From a virus, in the IMG/VR virus record IMGVR_UViG_3300025809_002164, positions 32,001-96,000 of that record: a stretch of DNA of 64,000 nt; one strand, written 5' to 3'. Below are positions 47,254 to 56,830 of this stretch, piece after piece. Every line of letters begins with the position of its first letter. The stretch's first letter is position 1. The position numbers and the translations under genes are program-made. Under the pieces are notes generated by a model that saw only the letters and a list, made by a program, of their open reading frames with translations, did no database searches and was not told the origin of the DNA.

Positions 47254-47777
47254 TATTTTTTTATTTTATTATAATATTTTTGACCTTTTTTAATATTTTT
47301 ATTAACAAAAGTTAAAGCTCCAATTACGGATTGATCTTCAATATTACATCCCATTTGAACTACACTATGAGGTCCTATATAAACACCATTACCTATTTTA
47401 GTTGAATTGTGTTCTATTTCTTCTTTACCTAAAGAAGTTGACCATTTAACAGTATGATGAGAGTAAATATGAACTCCTGCAGATATAGAACAATAATCTC
47501 CTATTTCTAATCCACCACTTCCATCTAGTACTACATTAGGTCCAATCCAACAATTTTTACCTACTTTAACATCTCCCAAAATTAAAACATTATCATAAAC
47601 TGATGTACCTTCCCCAAATCCTTCTTTTTTCCCTCTTTCCCACCTATCATTTAAGTAATCTCCTAAAGAAAGACTCCTATTATACTTGAATTTTTTGTTT
47701 AAGTATAAACTGTTATAAAATTTTTTATATATTTTTAAGAATAAATTTTTCAATTTTTTTAAATATTTTTTTAACAT
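47253..47777 (-). CDS. Hexapeptide-repeat acyltransferase (WbpD-like)
   Basis: Left-handed beta-helix repeats VKVGKNCWIGPNV, EIGDYCSIS, KIGNGVYIG. Confidence 0.85.
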   Translation of the reverse strand: MLKKYLKKLKNLFLKIYKKFYNSLYLNKKFKYNRSLSLGDYLNDRWERGKKEGFGEGTSVYDNVLILGDVKVGKNCWIGPNVVLDGSGGLEIGDYCSISAGVHIYSHHTVKWSTSLGKEEIEHNSTKIGNGVYIGPHSVVQMGCNIEDQSVIGALTFVNKNIKKGQKYYNKIKK

Positions 47778-48816
47778 TTACTCCTTGATAACATGGTAAT
47801 GTTATCGTATTTTCTTCTAAAAACTTAGCATTAGGTTGAACCTTATTATATTTAGTTTTATAATATGTTGTGTTACTTAAACAATAAGTCCCTAATGTTG
47901 ATTCTATCCCACAAGATTTTAAAAATAAAATTAATTCATCTCTTTTTATATCTTTAGGGACCTGGAAAATTACAGATTGAATATTATGAAAAGCCCCAGA
48001 GCTTAAAGTTTGAGGTGTAAAACCTAAAGGTGTTAATAAATTAATATATTTGTTTTTTATTTTATTTCTAGAAAATATAACTGAATTAAGTTTTTTTAAA
48101 CTTTCAATTCCCATTACAGCTTGGAATTCAGTCATTCTATAATTGTATCCAGGTTGAATAAAGTCTAATTTATTATTATTGTAAATAGCTCCATGATTTA
48201 ATTTTACCTTAAGTAAATCGGCATATGCTTTATTATTTGTAGTAATTGCACCTCCTTCTCCGGTTGTTAATAATTTTCTTGGATGAAAACTAAAACAGGT
48301 TAAGTCTGCTATAGAACCATTTTTTTTATCAAATTCACTACTACCTAGGGCACATGCTGCATCTTCTATAAGAGGGAGATTATGATCTTGGCATATATTT
48401 TTTATTGAATGGATATTAGAAGGATTACCTAAAGCATCTACAAACATTACTGCTTTAGATTTTGGGGTAATTTTTGAAATTAAATCCTTAGCATCCATAT
48501 TATATGTTTCAAGATTAACATCAACAAATACAGGAACAGCACCCATATTTTCTATTACATTAGCACTTGCGGGGTATGAAAAATCAGAAACAAGAACTTC
48601 ATCACCTGATTGAATATTAATAATTTCTAAAGATAAACTTAAAGCAGTTGTAGCTGATGTTGTTAAAAAAGAATAATCACATTCTATATAATTTTTTAAA
48701 TCATTTTGGAATTGTTCTACATATTCCCCTTTAGTAAAGAACCCTGTTTTAAATATTTTTCTAAACTTCTTATTAATATTTCTATATTTTAAATATGGTT
48801 TTATTATTCTAATCAT
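47725..48816 (-). CDS. DegT/DnrJ/EryC1/StrS PLP sugar aminotransferase
   Basis: GDEVLV, IEDAACALGS, FSFHPRKLLTTGEGG, GYNYRMTEFQA. Confidence 0.92.
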   Translation of the reverse strand: MIRIIKPYLKYRNINKKFRKIFKTGFFTKGEYVEQFQNDLKNYIECDYSFLTTSATTALSLSLEIINIQSGDEVLVSDFSYPASANVIENMGAVPVFVDVNLETYNMDAKDLISKITPKSKAVMFVDALGNPSNIHSIKNICQDHNLPLIEDAACALGSSEFDKKNGSIADLTCFSFHPRKLLTTGEGGAITTNNKAYADLLKVKLNHGAIYNNNKLDFIQPGYNYRMTEFQAVMGIESLKKLNSVIFSRNKIKNKYINLLTPLGFTPQTLSSGAFHNIQSVIFQVPKDIKRDELILFLKSCGIESTLGTYCLSNTTYYKTKYNKVQPNAKFLEENTITLPCYQGVNVKKIFKKIEKFILKNI

Positions 48817-48817
48817 C

Positions 48818-49831
48818 TTATATACTTTTAAAAAATTTAATTACTGATTCAACTGAATAACATTCTTCTAACCATTTACCTATACCTTCCATGTATCCTA
48901 TTAAATCCTCTTCTGTAATAGATTTTATAAAATGGTTTAAAGTATTTAATAATTCTTCTTCAGTAGTACCTAAGGGCACAACAGGACATTCATATTTACC
49001 TGTTAATTTAAACATTGAGTCTGTAATATTATTTGTTGTACTAAATGTAAAGTTTGAAGTAAATAAACTTTCTAGTGTAGATACTCCATAACCCCCACAA
49101 CCTTGAGGCCAAAATTGATCTATATAAAATACAGATTTTTGCTTTTCACTAATTACAGTAGAATGAGAGACATTAGTTAACACTTTATAGTTAAATTTGT
49201 TAGGATCCAAATGAAGATTATTAATAGTTTTATTAATTATATTGGTACCTTTAGTTTGGACTTTAGAAGGAATATGTAAAATAGTCCAAGGTTTATGATT
49301 TAATTTTTCTTTAAAGTTTAATATAAATTTATCATAATTAAAATCAATATACTGATATGCATGCATAGGGGTATCGTTTGATTCTTTATTGGATAATCTA
49401 TATAAATCTATCCCATAAAAGTGTTTATGTATCTTTTTCCTTTGAGGGTGGTTATTATAAAAATTAAAAGCTTCTCTATAACATGATCCGGGATGCCAAA
49501 CACAAAATTTTGCACTGATTTCAAGTAGATCAAATCCATAAATAGAACTAAATCTGTCAAGTGTGTTATATACTAGGTGTGGGTGTTGACCTTCCCAAGA
49601 CTCTTCAGCAAAAATTATAATATCACTTTCTAATAAAAACTTTTTCGATTCTTCTATTCTAACTTTATCACAAGTTTCTATATCATAGTCATGTTGAATA
49701 TTATAAGTAAATTGTTGTTTTTTTAAAGAAATAGATTTAGATTCTATATCTTTACTATGTTTGTTAAGGGAATAAGAGTACTCTGTTAGCACATTTCCAA
49801 AATCCCAAGTTGATAGAAAACTTATTTTCAT
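48818..49831 (-). CDS. GT-B fold glycosyltransferase-like protein
   Basis: HIPSK-x3-KGT, YIDQF, YGVSTLES. Confidence 0.5.
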   Translation of the reverse strand: MKISFLSTWDFGNVLTEYSYSLNKHSKDIESKSISLKKQQFTYNIQHDYDIETCDKVRIEESKKFLLESDIIIFAEESWEGQHPHLVYNTLDRFSSIYGFDLLEISAKFCVWHPGSCYREAFNFYNNHPQRKKIHKHFYGIDLYRLSNKESNDTPMHAYQYIDFNYDKFILNFKEKLNHKPWTILHIPSKVQTKGTNIINKTINNLHLDPNKFNYKVLTNVSHSTVISEKQKSVFYIDQFWPQGCGGYGVSTLESLFTSNFTFSTTNNITDSMFKLTGKYECPVVPLGTTEEELLNTLNHFIKSITEEDLIGYMEGIGKWLEECYSVESVIKFFKSI

Positions 49832-49853
49832 AATGTATTTTTTTCTATTATTT

Positions 49854-50672
49854 CTATTGGCAATTGTCGTGATCGTTCCTCATGGTATTTCTTTCTTCTA
49901 TGCAAGCTTTTAAAACTAAACTAGGTGAGTCGTGTTTTTGCATGAACTCATTCAATGCATTGGTGTCTTTGGGGAAGCAGAGCCCCCCGTAGCTAATTTC
50001 CCCATCTGGCCCCGGTACATTTGTGTGCATTGGGTTTATCCAATAGTTTCTAATTAATATCTGCCTAGCTATATTGTAGTCGCATCCAGTTTTTTGACAA
50101 AGAAGATACATTTCTGTAAAAAATTGTACTTTAATTGAATAAAAGCTATTGGCGAACAGTTTTGCTGACTCAGATTCCGTACTCTTACATTTAGTAATTC
50201 TAGCCCAAGGGTAGTTGATGGAGTGAAAATCAACGACTAGATTGTAGTGTTCACTTGAGCATAGCTTGGTCCTTCCTAAAACGATATGTTTTTGATTATG
50301 GTAATCTTCTTTGGCGGTTCTGGCTGTTAGAAATTCTGGGTTATGAATTATATTTAAATTTGTATAGACCTCGGCAAACTCTTTACAAGATCCTGGTTCC
50401 AAGGTGCTTTTGCATATAACACTACCTTTAAATTTTTTTTTATTTAAGTAATCTAGATTTTCCAAAATAGATTCTTTATTATAAGCTTGTAGTTTATTGT
50501 CGTAGGGTGTGGGTAGGCAAAGAAAAATTAATTCAGACACTAAAAGTTCTTCTAGGGTGCTGGCGCATTTTTTAAATTTATCATAAGATAGGACCTTTAT
50601 TTTTTTCTTCTTAAAGCTTTCTGTCATTGCCCTTCCGACGAATCCAGTTCCAATTACACCAACTGTAGTCAT
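49854..50672 (-). CDS. Short-form UDP-sugar 6-dehydrogenase (Ugd/WbpA family)
   Basis: GTGFVG, CLPTP, KST, NPEFL, KLFAN, YGGLCFPKD; lacks the C-terminal domain. Confidence 0.85.
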   Translation of the reverse strand: MTTVGVIGTGFVGRAMTESFKKKKIKVLSYDKFKKCASTLEELLVSELIFLCLPTPYDNKLQAYNKESILENLDYLNKKKFKGSVICKSTLEPGSCKEFAEVYTNLNIIHNPEFLTARTAKEDYHNQKHIVLGRTKLCSSEHYNLVVDFHSINYPWARITKCKSTESESAKLFANSFYSIKVQFFTEMYLLCQKTGCDYNIARQILIRNYWINPMHTNVPGPDGEISYGGLCFPKDTNALNEFMQKHDSPSLVLKACIEERNTMRNDHDNCQ

Positions 50673-51289
50673 TGTATCTTTTCGTAAAATTTATTCTGTC
50701 TTTCCTGGCGATCAATACTCTTAATGTGTGTTAATGCATATTCTATTGTTTCGGGTAGCTTCACTCCGGTTTTGGCTCCAGTAATAATTTCGTGAACTTT
50801 GTTTTCCCATTTAATATTGAAATTATTCTTGAAAATTCTGTATTGATAATCAGGCCAGTTGACCCATTTATTCTCAGTGACCTTCCATTCCCATTTTTTA
50901 ATATGAGCTTCAGTTAATCCATTAACTACATTGATTCTTGGAACTAAAAATAGGTCAACATCTAGGTTCGACTCCAGTATCTTGTGCAAATTAATTACCG
51001 TTTCATCTGCAGGTATTTCGTCGGCATCGATTTGGAATATATAATCTCCTTTGCATAATTTTTTTAGATTATTTTTAAATGCTGCAAAATTACCATTGAG
51101 CTTAAATGTGTTTTTTTTAAGTTTGAATTTTCTTAAAACGCTGGAAACTTCTTTTGTGTGATTGTCTTTATCTAATTGAACTACGATTTCGTCATCTTCT
51201 CTTTTTGATGAGGTCAGCATTTTGAGTAAAGACTCTAGTTCTGTGTGTTCATTGCATGCGGTAATTGCGTAGCTTATTTTAAAGTTCAT
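50669..51289 (-). CDS. Glycosyltransferase family 2
   Basis: ISYAITACNE, FAAFKN, FQIDADE, WPDYQYRI, VHE. Confidence 0.85.
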   Translation of the reverse strand: MNFKISYAITACNEHTELESLLKMLTSSKREDDEIVVQLDKDNHTKEVSSVLRKFKLKKNTFKLNGNFAAFKNNLKKLCKGDYIFQIDADEIPADETVINLHKILESNLDVDLFLVPRINVVNGLTEAHIKKWEWKVTENKWVNWPDYQYRIFKNNFNIKWENKVHEIITGAKTGVKLPETIEYALTHIKSIDRQERQNKFYEKIQ

Positions 51290-51292
51290 TAT

Positions 51293-52147
51293 TTATTGTA
51301 TTTTGTGTCCTTGGGTTTTCAACAAAAATCTATTCCATTTATTTTCTAACATATGCTCTTGATGTTTTACGACTTGATCCTCGTTCTCCCATTTTGTTTG
51401 ATTGATTGTTACTGATGGGCGAATGGAGGGTATGAAATATATTGGAGCTAACCCTCTCAACTTGTCACAGAAATGCCAATGCTCTAACTGACCTTCGGAA
51501 AACCATTCAGCCTGATTAAAGTATTCACTCTTAATAAAAACAAAACCTCCAAATGATCTGTACACATCGATTGGTTTATTCTGATTAAATAACTCTCTAT
51601 CAAGCTTGCGGTAGAATGGGTTGGAGCTCCAAGTCATGCATTGATTTAAGTCGTGATCAACTAGGCTCCAGCTATCATAGTACGAGGTTAAATCTCTTGA
51701 TCCCATTTTACAAGGAACATTTTGTCTAATGTTTGGTGTAAGCATTGAGAAATTTAAATTCAAAAAATTGAAATAATCATTAATTATATTTGGACTAAAC
51801 TCTACATCGCTATCGAGCACGATTGTAAAATCAGAATCAACAGGTTTGCCTAGTGCGGCCATGCTATTTCTAATTTTAGCCATCTTTACAACCCTAGCTG
51901 ACTCCATTGTTGAGCCGTAAGATTTTTCGTTTAAGGTTTCAGACTTTAGCTCGCCGTTCTTATTCTCAATCCACTCGGATAAAATTCTAGCAGTATTATC
52001 TTTCGAGTCATTTTCGTAAAAAAAATATTCAAATTCTGCATTTGTAATATCCTCCATCAAGTCTAGTGATGATAAAGTTTTATCTATGTAATCCTCTGAA
52101 TCTCTAAATAAACTAAAAACGGAAATTCGGTATTTTTTTATTGACAT
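51293..52147 (-). CDS. GT-A glycosyltransferase (CAP59/Anp1-like)
   Basis: YENDSKDNT, AKIRN, LDSDV, YYDSWSL, SFGG, EH. Confidence 0.7.
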   Translation of the reverse strand: MSIKKYRISVFSLFRDSEDYIDKTLSSLDLMEDITNAEFEYFFYENDSKDNTARILSEWIENKNGELKSETLNEKSYGSTMESARVVKMAKIRNSMAALGKPVDSDFTIVLDSDVEFSPNIINDYFNFLNLNFSMLTPNIRQNVPCKMGSRDLTSYYDSWSLVDHDLNQCMTWSSNPFYRKLDRELFNQNKPIDVYRSFGGFVFIKSEYFNQAEWFSEGQLEHWHFCDKLRGLAPIYFIPSIRPSVTINQTKWENEDQVVKHQEHMLENKWNRFLLKTQGHKIQ

Positions 52148-52295
52148 AATCTATAATCTATATATAATCTATAGTATTATATTACCAAGGACATATATAG
52201 TCTATTTATTATTAATATATATTATATATAACCTATTAAAGTACAGAGTACTTTATTTTCCGATAATTGATTAATTGAAAAGCATGATTATAATC
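52146..52295. promoter_or_regulatory. Divergent AT-rich control region with direct and inverted repeats
   Basis: ATAATCTAT x3 (52146-52172), TAAAGTAC-AGA-GTACTTTA (52237-52255), palindrome GATTATAATC (52286-52295); located at the strand switch. Confidence 0.5.
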
Positions 52296-52324
52296 TTGAC
52301 TTTACTTATTTTATGAGGTAATAT
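52296..52324 (+). promoter_or_regulatory. Sigma70-type promoter for the dut-sigma-ssb operon
   Basis: TTGACT-17 nt-TAATAT. Confidence 0.75.
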
Positions 52325-52336
52325 ATAAACCATATT

Positions 52337-52621
52337 ATGAATAACGAAATCAAAAACTATATTGTTTCTTCTGCAGGATGGGAGCTCACCGTTGACCACA
52401 CAGATCATGAATCTGCGGCCACATCAGCATTGATAATGGCAATGTCTATATTTGGTGACAACCTGAAGGTTTCAACCGTAATGATGGTAGATGTTGTGAA
52501 TTCAGATGGAAATACAAACACTTCACTGACTGAGTTCGTTCCTACATATCTGGCATTCAAAAGAATGGGAGCCCTCGCTATATCTAAAGATTTGAAGGAA
52601 ATAACTATATCGACTAATTAA
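52337..52621 (+). CDS. Hypothetical protein
   Basis: First ORF after the promoter. Confidence 0.65.
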   Translation: MNNEIKNYIVSSAGWELTVDHTDHESAATSALIMAMSIFGDNLKVSTVMMVDVVNSDGNTNTSLTEFVPTYLAFKRMGALAISKDLKEITISTN

Positions 52622-52624
52622 TTA

Positions 52625-53164
52625 ATGAAATTAAATATATTGAAAAACTCAGGATCAATTAAGATACCTAAAAACAACGGAGATGCGGGGTACGACTTAA
52701 TAGCTTCTAGTGACCCTAGGGTTGTAGGATCTATATACCAAGGTCTTTACTATACATCCATATCGCACATAGAATATGATACTGAAATTAAAATTCAACC
52801 AGAATTAATTAATGAAAAATACGAATTCTTCATGTTAATGTTCCCTAGGTCTAGCATCAATAAAACAAACCTACATTTAGCTAACTCTGTAGGGGTTATA
52901 GACTCTGGATATACCGGAACAATTAAAGTATGCTTTAAATATTCGATGCAACCTGAGGATATGAAAATAGTTGAAGGCAAAACCTTTAGGGGCAATAATT
53001 CAAAAGGTATAGTTTGTTCAATAAATCCTCAAAGAATCTACCAAAAAGGGGACAAAATTTCTCAACTTATTCCTTGCAAACATGAAGATCTTTTAATAAA
53101 CTATGTAGATGAACTTAATCAATCATCAAGAAGTAGTAATGGATTTGGGAGCACAGGAAAATGA
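52625..53164 (+). CDS. dut: Trimeric dUTPase
   Basis: DAGYDL, PRSSI, NSVGVIDSGYTG, RSSNGFGSTG. Confidence 0.92.
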   Translation: MKLNILKNSGSIKIPKNNGDAGYDLIASSDPRVVGSIYQGLYYTSISHIEYDTEIKIQPELINEKYEFFMLMFPRSSINKTNLHLANSVGVIDSGYTGTIKVCFKYSMQPEDMKIVEGKTFRGNNSKGIVCSINPQRIYQKGDKISQLIPCKHEDLLINYVDELNQSSRSSNGFGSTGK

Positions 53165-53763
53165 ATAAACTAAAACAGCTAGAGGACAATGTGTTAATCT
53201 CTCATATTAAAAATCAGTCAAATACTGAAGAATGTCTTTCTGAGTTAGTGAATAGGCATTCAGGTTTATGTATATCAATGATAAATGGATATGTATCCAG
53301 TAAGGACAACGAGAGCTTAAGGCTTGAATTAATTAAAGAAAAAGAGTACCAAATCTACAATTCCGCATTAAAATTTGACCCACTAAAAGGATCTAAATTT
53401 AGTACATATCTTGGCAATGAAATAAAATGGAAATGCTTAAATATTTACAATAAAAATAAAAAACGAAAAACCATACAGGTTGAAGAGAACTTGATTAATT
53501 ACTTAAATTATCACAATCAGGAAGAAAAAAGTGTTGACAATAGTGAGATTTTTGGTAATATAATACAACAAGCAAAATCACACTCAGATCCAAGAGTGTT
53601 TGAGATTTTCACATTAAGATATGTCGAAGGAAAAAACAATTCAGTAATGCCATGGAAGAATATAAGTTCAAAACTTAAGATGAGCATACAGGGTTGCATA
53701 AACATACACGACTTAGCACTAAAACAATTTTCTACAAAAATCAAAAGAGAGATAAACCAATAA
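53161..53763 (+). CDS. Phage sigma70-family factor (regions 2 and 4)
   Basis: LSELVNRH, KFDPLKGSKFSTYL, IFTLRY...WKNISSKLKMS helix-turn-helix. Confidence 0.8.
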   Translation: MNKLKQLEDNVLISHIKNQSNTEECLSELVNRHSGLCISMINGYVSSKDNESLRLELIKEKEYQIYNSALKFDPLKGSKFSTYLGNEIKWKCLNIYNKNKKRKTIQVEENLINYLNYHNQEEKSVDNSEIFGNIIQQAKSHSDPRVFEIFTLRYVEGKNNSVMPWKNISSKLKMSIQGCINIHDLALKQFSTKIKREINQ

Positions 53764-54197
53764 TGATGAACAAATACATAGCCATAGGCAACTTAACGCA
53801 AGATCCACAATGCAAGGATGTTGGAGAAACTAAAGTTTGTAACTTTGGTATAGCAATAAACGAATTCTTTTATAAGAATCAACAAAAACAAAAAACTACA
53901 CTATTTATAGATATAGAAACATGGAGCAAGCAGGCTGAAAACTGTGTTAAGTTTCTAAAGAAAGGCAGCAAGGTTGCGGTAGAGGGTAAATTAAAAATGA
54001 ACTCATGGGAAAAGAACGGCCAAAAGTTTACAAAAGTTTTTTGTTTGTCTGATAAGGTACACTTCTTAGGGTCTGACGAACAGAACTCAACGAAAGCTCC
54101 TAATGCTAAAGAAGCAAAGAAAGAGGTCTCCCTTTCCTCGAGCTCAACTAGCAATAATGATGTCGATGATGTTGATATAGACGACATACCTTTTTAA
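53763..54197 (+). CDS. ssb: Single-stranded DNA-binding protein
   Basis: MNKYIAIGNLTQDP, LKKGSKVAVEGKL, acidic tail DDIPF; start corrected to the TAATG overlap. Confidence 0.93.
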   Translation: MMNKYIAIGNLTQDPQCKDVGETKVCNFGIAINEFFYKNQQKQKTTLFIDIETWSKQAENCVKFLKKGSKVAVEGKLKMNSWEKNGQKFTKVFCLSDKVHFLGSDEQNSTKAPNAKEAKKEVSLSSSSTSNNDVDDVDIDDIPF

Positions 54198-54199
54198 TA

Positions 54200-55291
54200 A
54201 TGGAAAACATAATATACAAAGGTGCAATAAACTCATTAAGCTTTGGTAATGTATCTTACAATATACTAAGAGAACTTTACAGAAAGAAAACAAATGTTGC
54301 CTTTTTTCCAATAGGAGAAAACTTAGACTTTAGTGCGTTTGATAAAGTAGATCAAGGGTTTAGGGATTGGGTTATATCTATCTCTCAGAATAGATTCCAT
54401 TTAGTAAATAAAGATTATCACACATTAACTCAGTGGCATATTAATGGGGCAGAAAATAGAATATCTAAAAGCCAGACATTATTCTCTTTTTATGAGACAG
54501 ACCAACCCACCCCAACAGAGAAAGCTCTAGTCGGCCTCCAGGATAACTGTATATTTTCCAGCAAGCATGCATACGACTCGTTTAAGAGTGTTGGCTGTGA
54601 TAACATACACTATGTACCTATCGGCTTCGACGAAGACTTTACAGCTAGCAATGATGAGTACCTACCCAATAAGGTACACTTTGGTTTAAGTGGCAAATTT
54701 GAGAAAAGAAAAAATACCGCCCAGATAATTAGAAATTGGGCCAAAAAATATGGAAATAATTTTGACTACCAACTCTCATGCTGTATAACTAATCCGTTCT
54801 TTAAACCAGAGCAAATGAACCAAGTTATCAATCAAACCTTAGAGGGTAAAACTTATGGCAACATAAACTTTTTACCTAGATTAAAAACCAATTCTGAGGT
54901 TAACGAATTAATAAATGCGGTAGACATTGACCTTACAGGGCTTAGTGGAGCTGAAGGCTGGAACCTTCCAGCCTTTAATTCGACCGCTTTAGGTAAGTGG
55001 AGCATAGTGATGAACCACACATCTCACAAGGATTGGGCTAATAAGAAAAATTGCATATTGGTCGAGCCAGACAATGTGGTTGATATATACGATGGATCTT
55101 TCTTTACTAAGGGTTCGCCGTTTAATCAAGGAACCATGAATATGATTTCAGATGAAAAAATGTTAGACTGTTTCGAGAAATCTGAAAAGTTTTATGGAAA
55201 AAAGAATAAAGAAGGTTTAAAATTACAAGAACAATTCACATATAAACAAACATTAAATAATATATTAGAAATTATAAACAATGAAAAATAA
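54200..55291 (+). CDS. GT4-like glycosyltransferase
   Basis: FYETD, GKFEKRKN, SGAEGWNLP. Confidence 0.75.
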   Translation: MENIIYKGAINSLSFGNVSYNILRELYRKKTNVAFFPIGENLDFSAFDKVDQGFRDWVISISQNRFHLVNKDYHTLTQWHINGAENRISKSQTLFSFYETDQPTPTEKALVGLQDNCIFSSKHAYDSFKSVGCDNIHYVPIGFDEDFTASNDEYLPNKVHFGLSGKFEKRKNTAQIIRNWAKKYGNNFDYQLSCCITNPFFKPEQMNQVINQTLEGKTYGNINFLPRLKTNSEVNELINAVDIDLTGLSGAEGWNLPAFNSTALGKWSIVMNHTSHKDWANKKNCILVEPDNVVDIYDGSFFTKGSPFNQGTMNMISDEKMLDCFEKSEKFYGKKNKEGLKLQEQFTYKQTLNNILEIINNEK

Positions 55292-55487
55292 TTACACACT
55301 AAGAGAAGAGGGTAACAGAATATTCATGTGCTGCGGCAAGGCTGGATGCCCGAGCGTAGCTCTAAGCGATGAAGGTCTTATTGAAATTACTGATGATTTT
55401 GGAAACACAGTTAAAATGAAAACTCAAGAGGCTGAACTCATTAAGGGTGCGGTAGAAAAACTTTCCAAAAGCACCAGCAAAGATTAG
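55281..55487 (+). CDS. Small Cys-motif protein, paralog A
   Basis: MCCGKAGCPSV...ITDDFGNTV. Confidence 0.7.
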   Translation: MKNNYTLREEGNRIFMCCGKAGCPSVALSDEGLIEITDDFGNTVKMKTQEAELIKGAVEKLSKSTSKD

Positions 55488-55488
55488 A

Positions 55489-55707
55489 GTGAAAAAGCCT
55501 AGCAACGAAGTTATATTATGCTGTCCTTCTGTACCATGGAATCCATGTTGCCCGTCTCTAAAAATAAATGAAGAGAAGAGTAAGTTTACAATAACTGATG
55601 ACTATGACAAGACCATAACAATAGACAATAAAGATATACCTAAATTAATAAATGACATTAATAGAATTACTAGCATGCATATCCCTAATGTGGATAATCA
55701 AGGATAG
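55489..55707 (+). CDS. Small Cys-motif protein, paralog B
   Basis: LCCPSVPWNPCCPSL...ITDDYDKTI. Confidence 0.65.
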   Translation: MKKPSNEVILCCPSVPWNPCCPSLKINEEKSKFTITDDYDKTITIDNKDIPKLINDINRITSMHIPNVDNQG

Positions 55708-55987
55708 TTATATAACTTTAAAACCTAGAGAATTTTTAAAATCTAAATCTAAATTCTTAAATAAATTATTAAGCTGTTCACTATGCCTTGGATTCTGGAT
55801 AGGCTTTATACCAGTATTAGTAGATATGTTCTTATTAAATTTCCAGCCAACAAATAAAGAAATTGCAAGAGTAAGCTTTTACCCTCTAGCGACAGCAGGA
55901 GCATGCTGGGTTGCCGATTCATTACTCAATATGGTTCAAGAAATATGGGTATATTACAAGAACATAAGAGAAGAAAATAATAAATAA
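55652..55987 (+). CDS. DUF1360-like membrane protein
   Basis: PRE...LLSCSLCLGFW CxxC in a membrane context. Confidence 0.6.
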   Translation: MTLIELLACISLMWIIKDSYITLKPREFLKSKSKFLNKLLSCSLCLGFWIGFIPVLVDMFLLNFQPTNKEIARVSFYPLATAGACWVADSLLNMVQEIWVYYKNIREENNK

Positions 55988-56021
55988 TTTGAAAAACAAA
56001 ACATAAAAAATATTATAAAAT

Positions 56022-56450
56022 ATGAACTTAGAAATCGACCCAAGATACAGTACATATTCACTCTCTATAATACTTCACTTAATTCACAATAATGAAGATT
56101 ACAAGAATGAGTGGATTAAAAAATACCCCAAAACAGAAAGCTTCGCTACAAACTTTTTTAATAACGAAAATTGCGGATGCAGACCCAAGCTAGTAAGTCA
56201 ATACAAAAAAGACAGATTTCATGCAGACGTAATGACGGTAAATTTTATAAATTCAAACGAAGATGTAATTGATTTCGATAAGTTCTGCGAAGAGAATGGG
56301 GGGCAAGATTTAACTGGTCATGTTTTTGCAATTCCAGCATCAGAAGGTCACTATCAGGATTTTCTTGCAGCAATTCAACAAAAAAATGCAACTTTCTCTC
56401 ATTTTAACACAATCCAGATTAACGAAAAGATATTGTTAACATTTTTCTAA
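56022..56450 (+). CDS. Hypothetical protein
   Basis: 142 aa with NCGCR. Confidence 0.65.
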   Translation: MNLEIDPRYSTYSLSIILHLIHNNEDYKNEWIKKYPKTESFATNFFNNENCGCRPKLVSQYKKDRFHADVMTVNFINSNEDVIDFDKFCEENGGQDLTGHVFAIPASEGHYQDFLAAIQQKNATFSHFNTIQINEKILLTFF

Positions 56451-56830
56451 TGCCTATTTATACATTTTCTCACCCCAAGAGCGGAAAAACTATTGATTTA
56501 TTCTTCTCTATGAAGGATGAAAAAAAATATACCGACAGCGATGGAACTAGCTGGATAAGGGAGTATTTATCACCACAATTAAACACTAGCGGATCAGTGG
56601 ACCCATGGGACAGTAAGAGTTTTGTAAGTAAAACTAACAACAAAGGAACATTAGGAGATTTACTAGACAGAAGCTCCGACCTGTCAAGTGCTAGAGCCCA
56701 GCAAAACGGCGGGGTGGACCCTGTTAAGGAAAAATATTACGAAAACTATTCTAAAGAACGTAATGGAGCAACTCATAGAGATAAAATCCCAAAAACTTTC
56801 GAAAATAAACACATAAAAATAGATACATGA
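56450..56830 (+). CDS. FmdB-like protein lacking the zinc-ribbon cysteines
   Basis: MPIYTFSHPKSGKTIDLFFSM resembles the FmdB start MPxYxYxCxxCG. Confidence 0.5.
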   Translation: MPIYTFSHPKSGKTIDLFFSMKDEKKYTDSDGTSWIREYLSPQLNTSGSVDPWDSKSFVSKTNNKGTLGDLLDRSSDLSSARAQQNGGVDPVKEKYYENYSKERNGATHRDKIPKTFENKHIKIDT

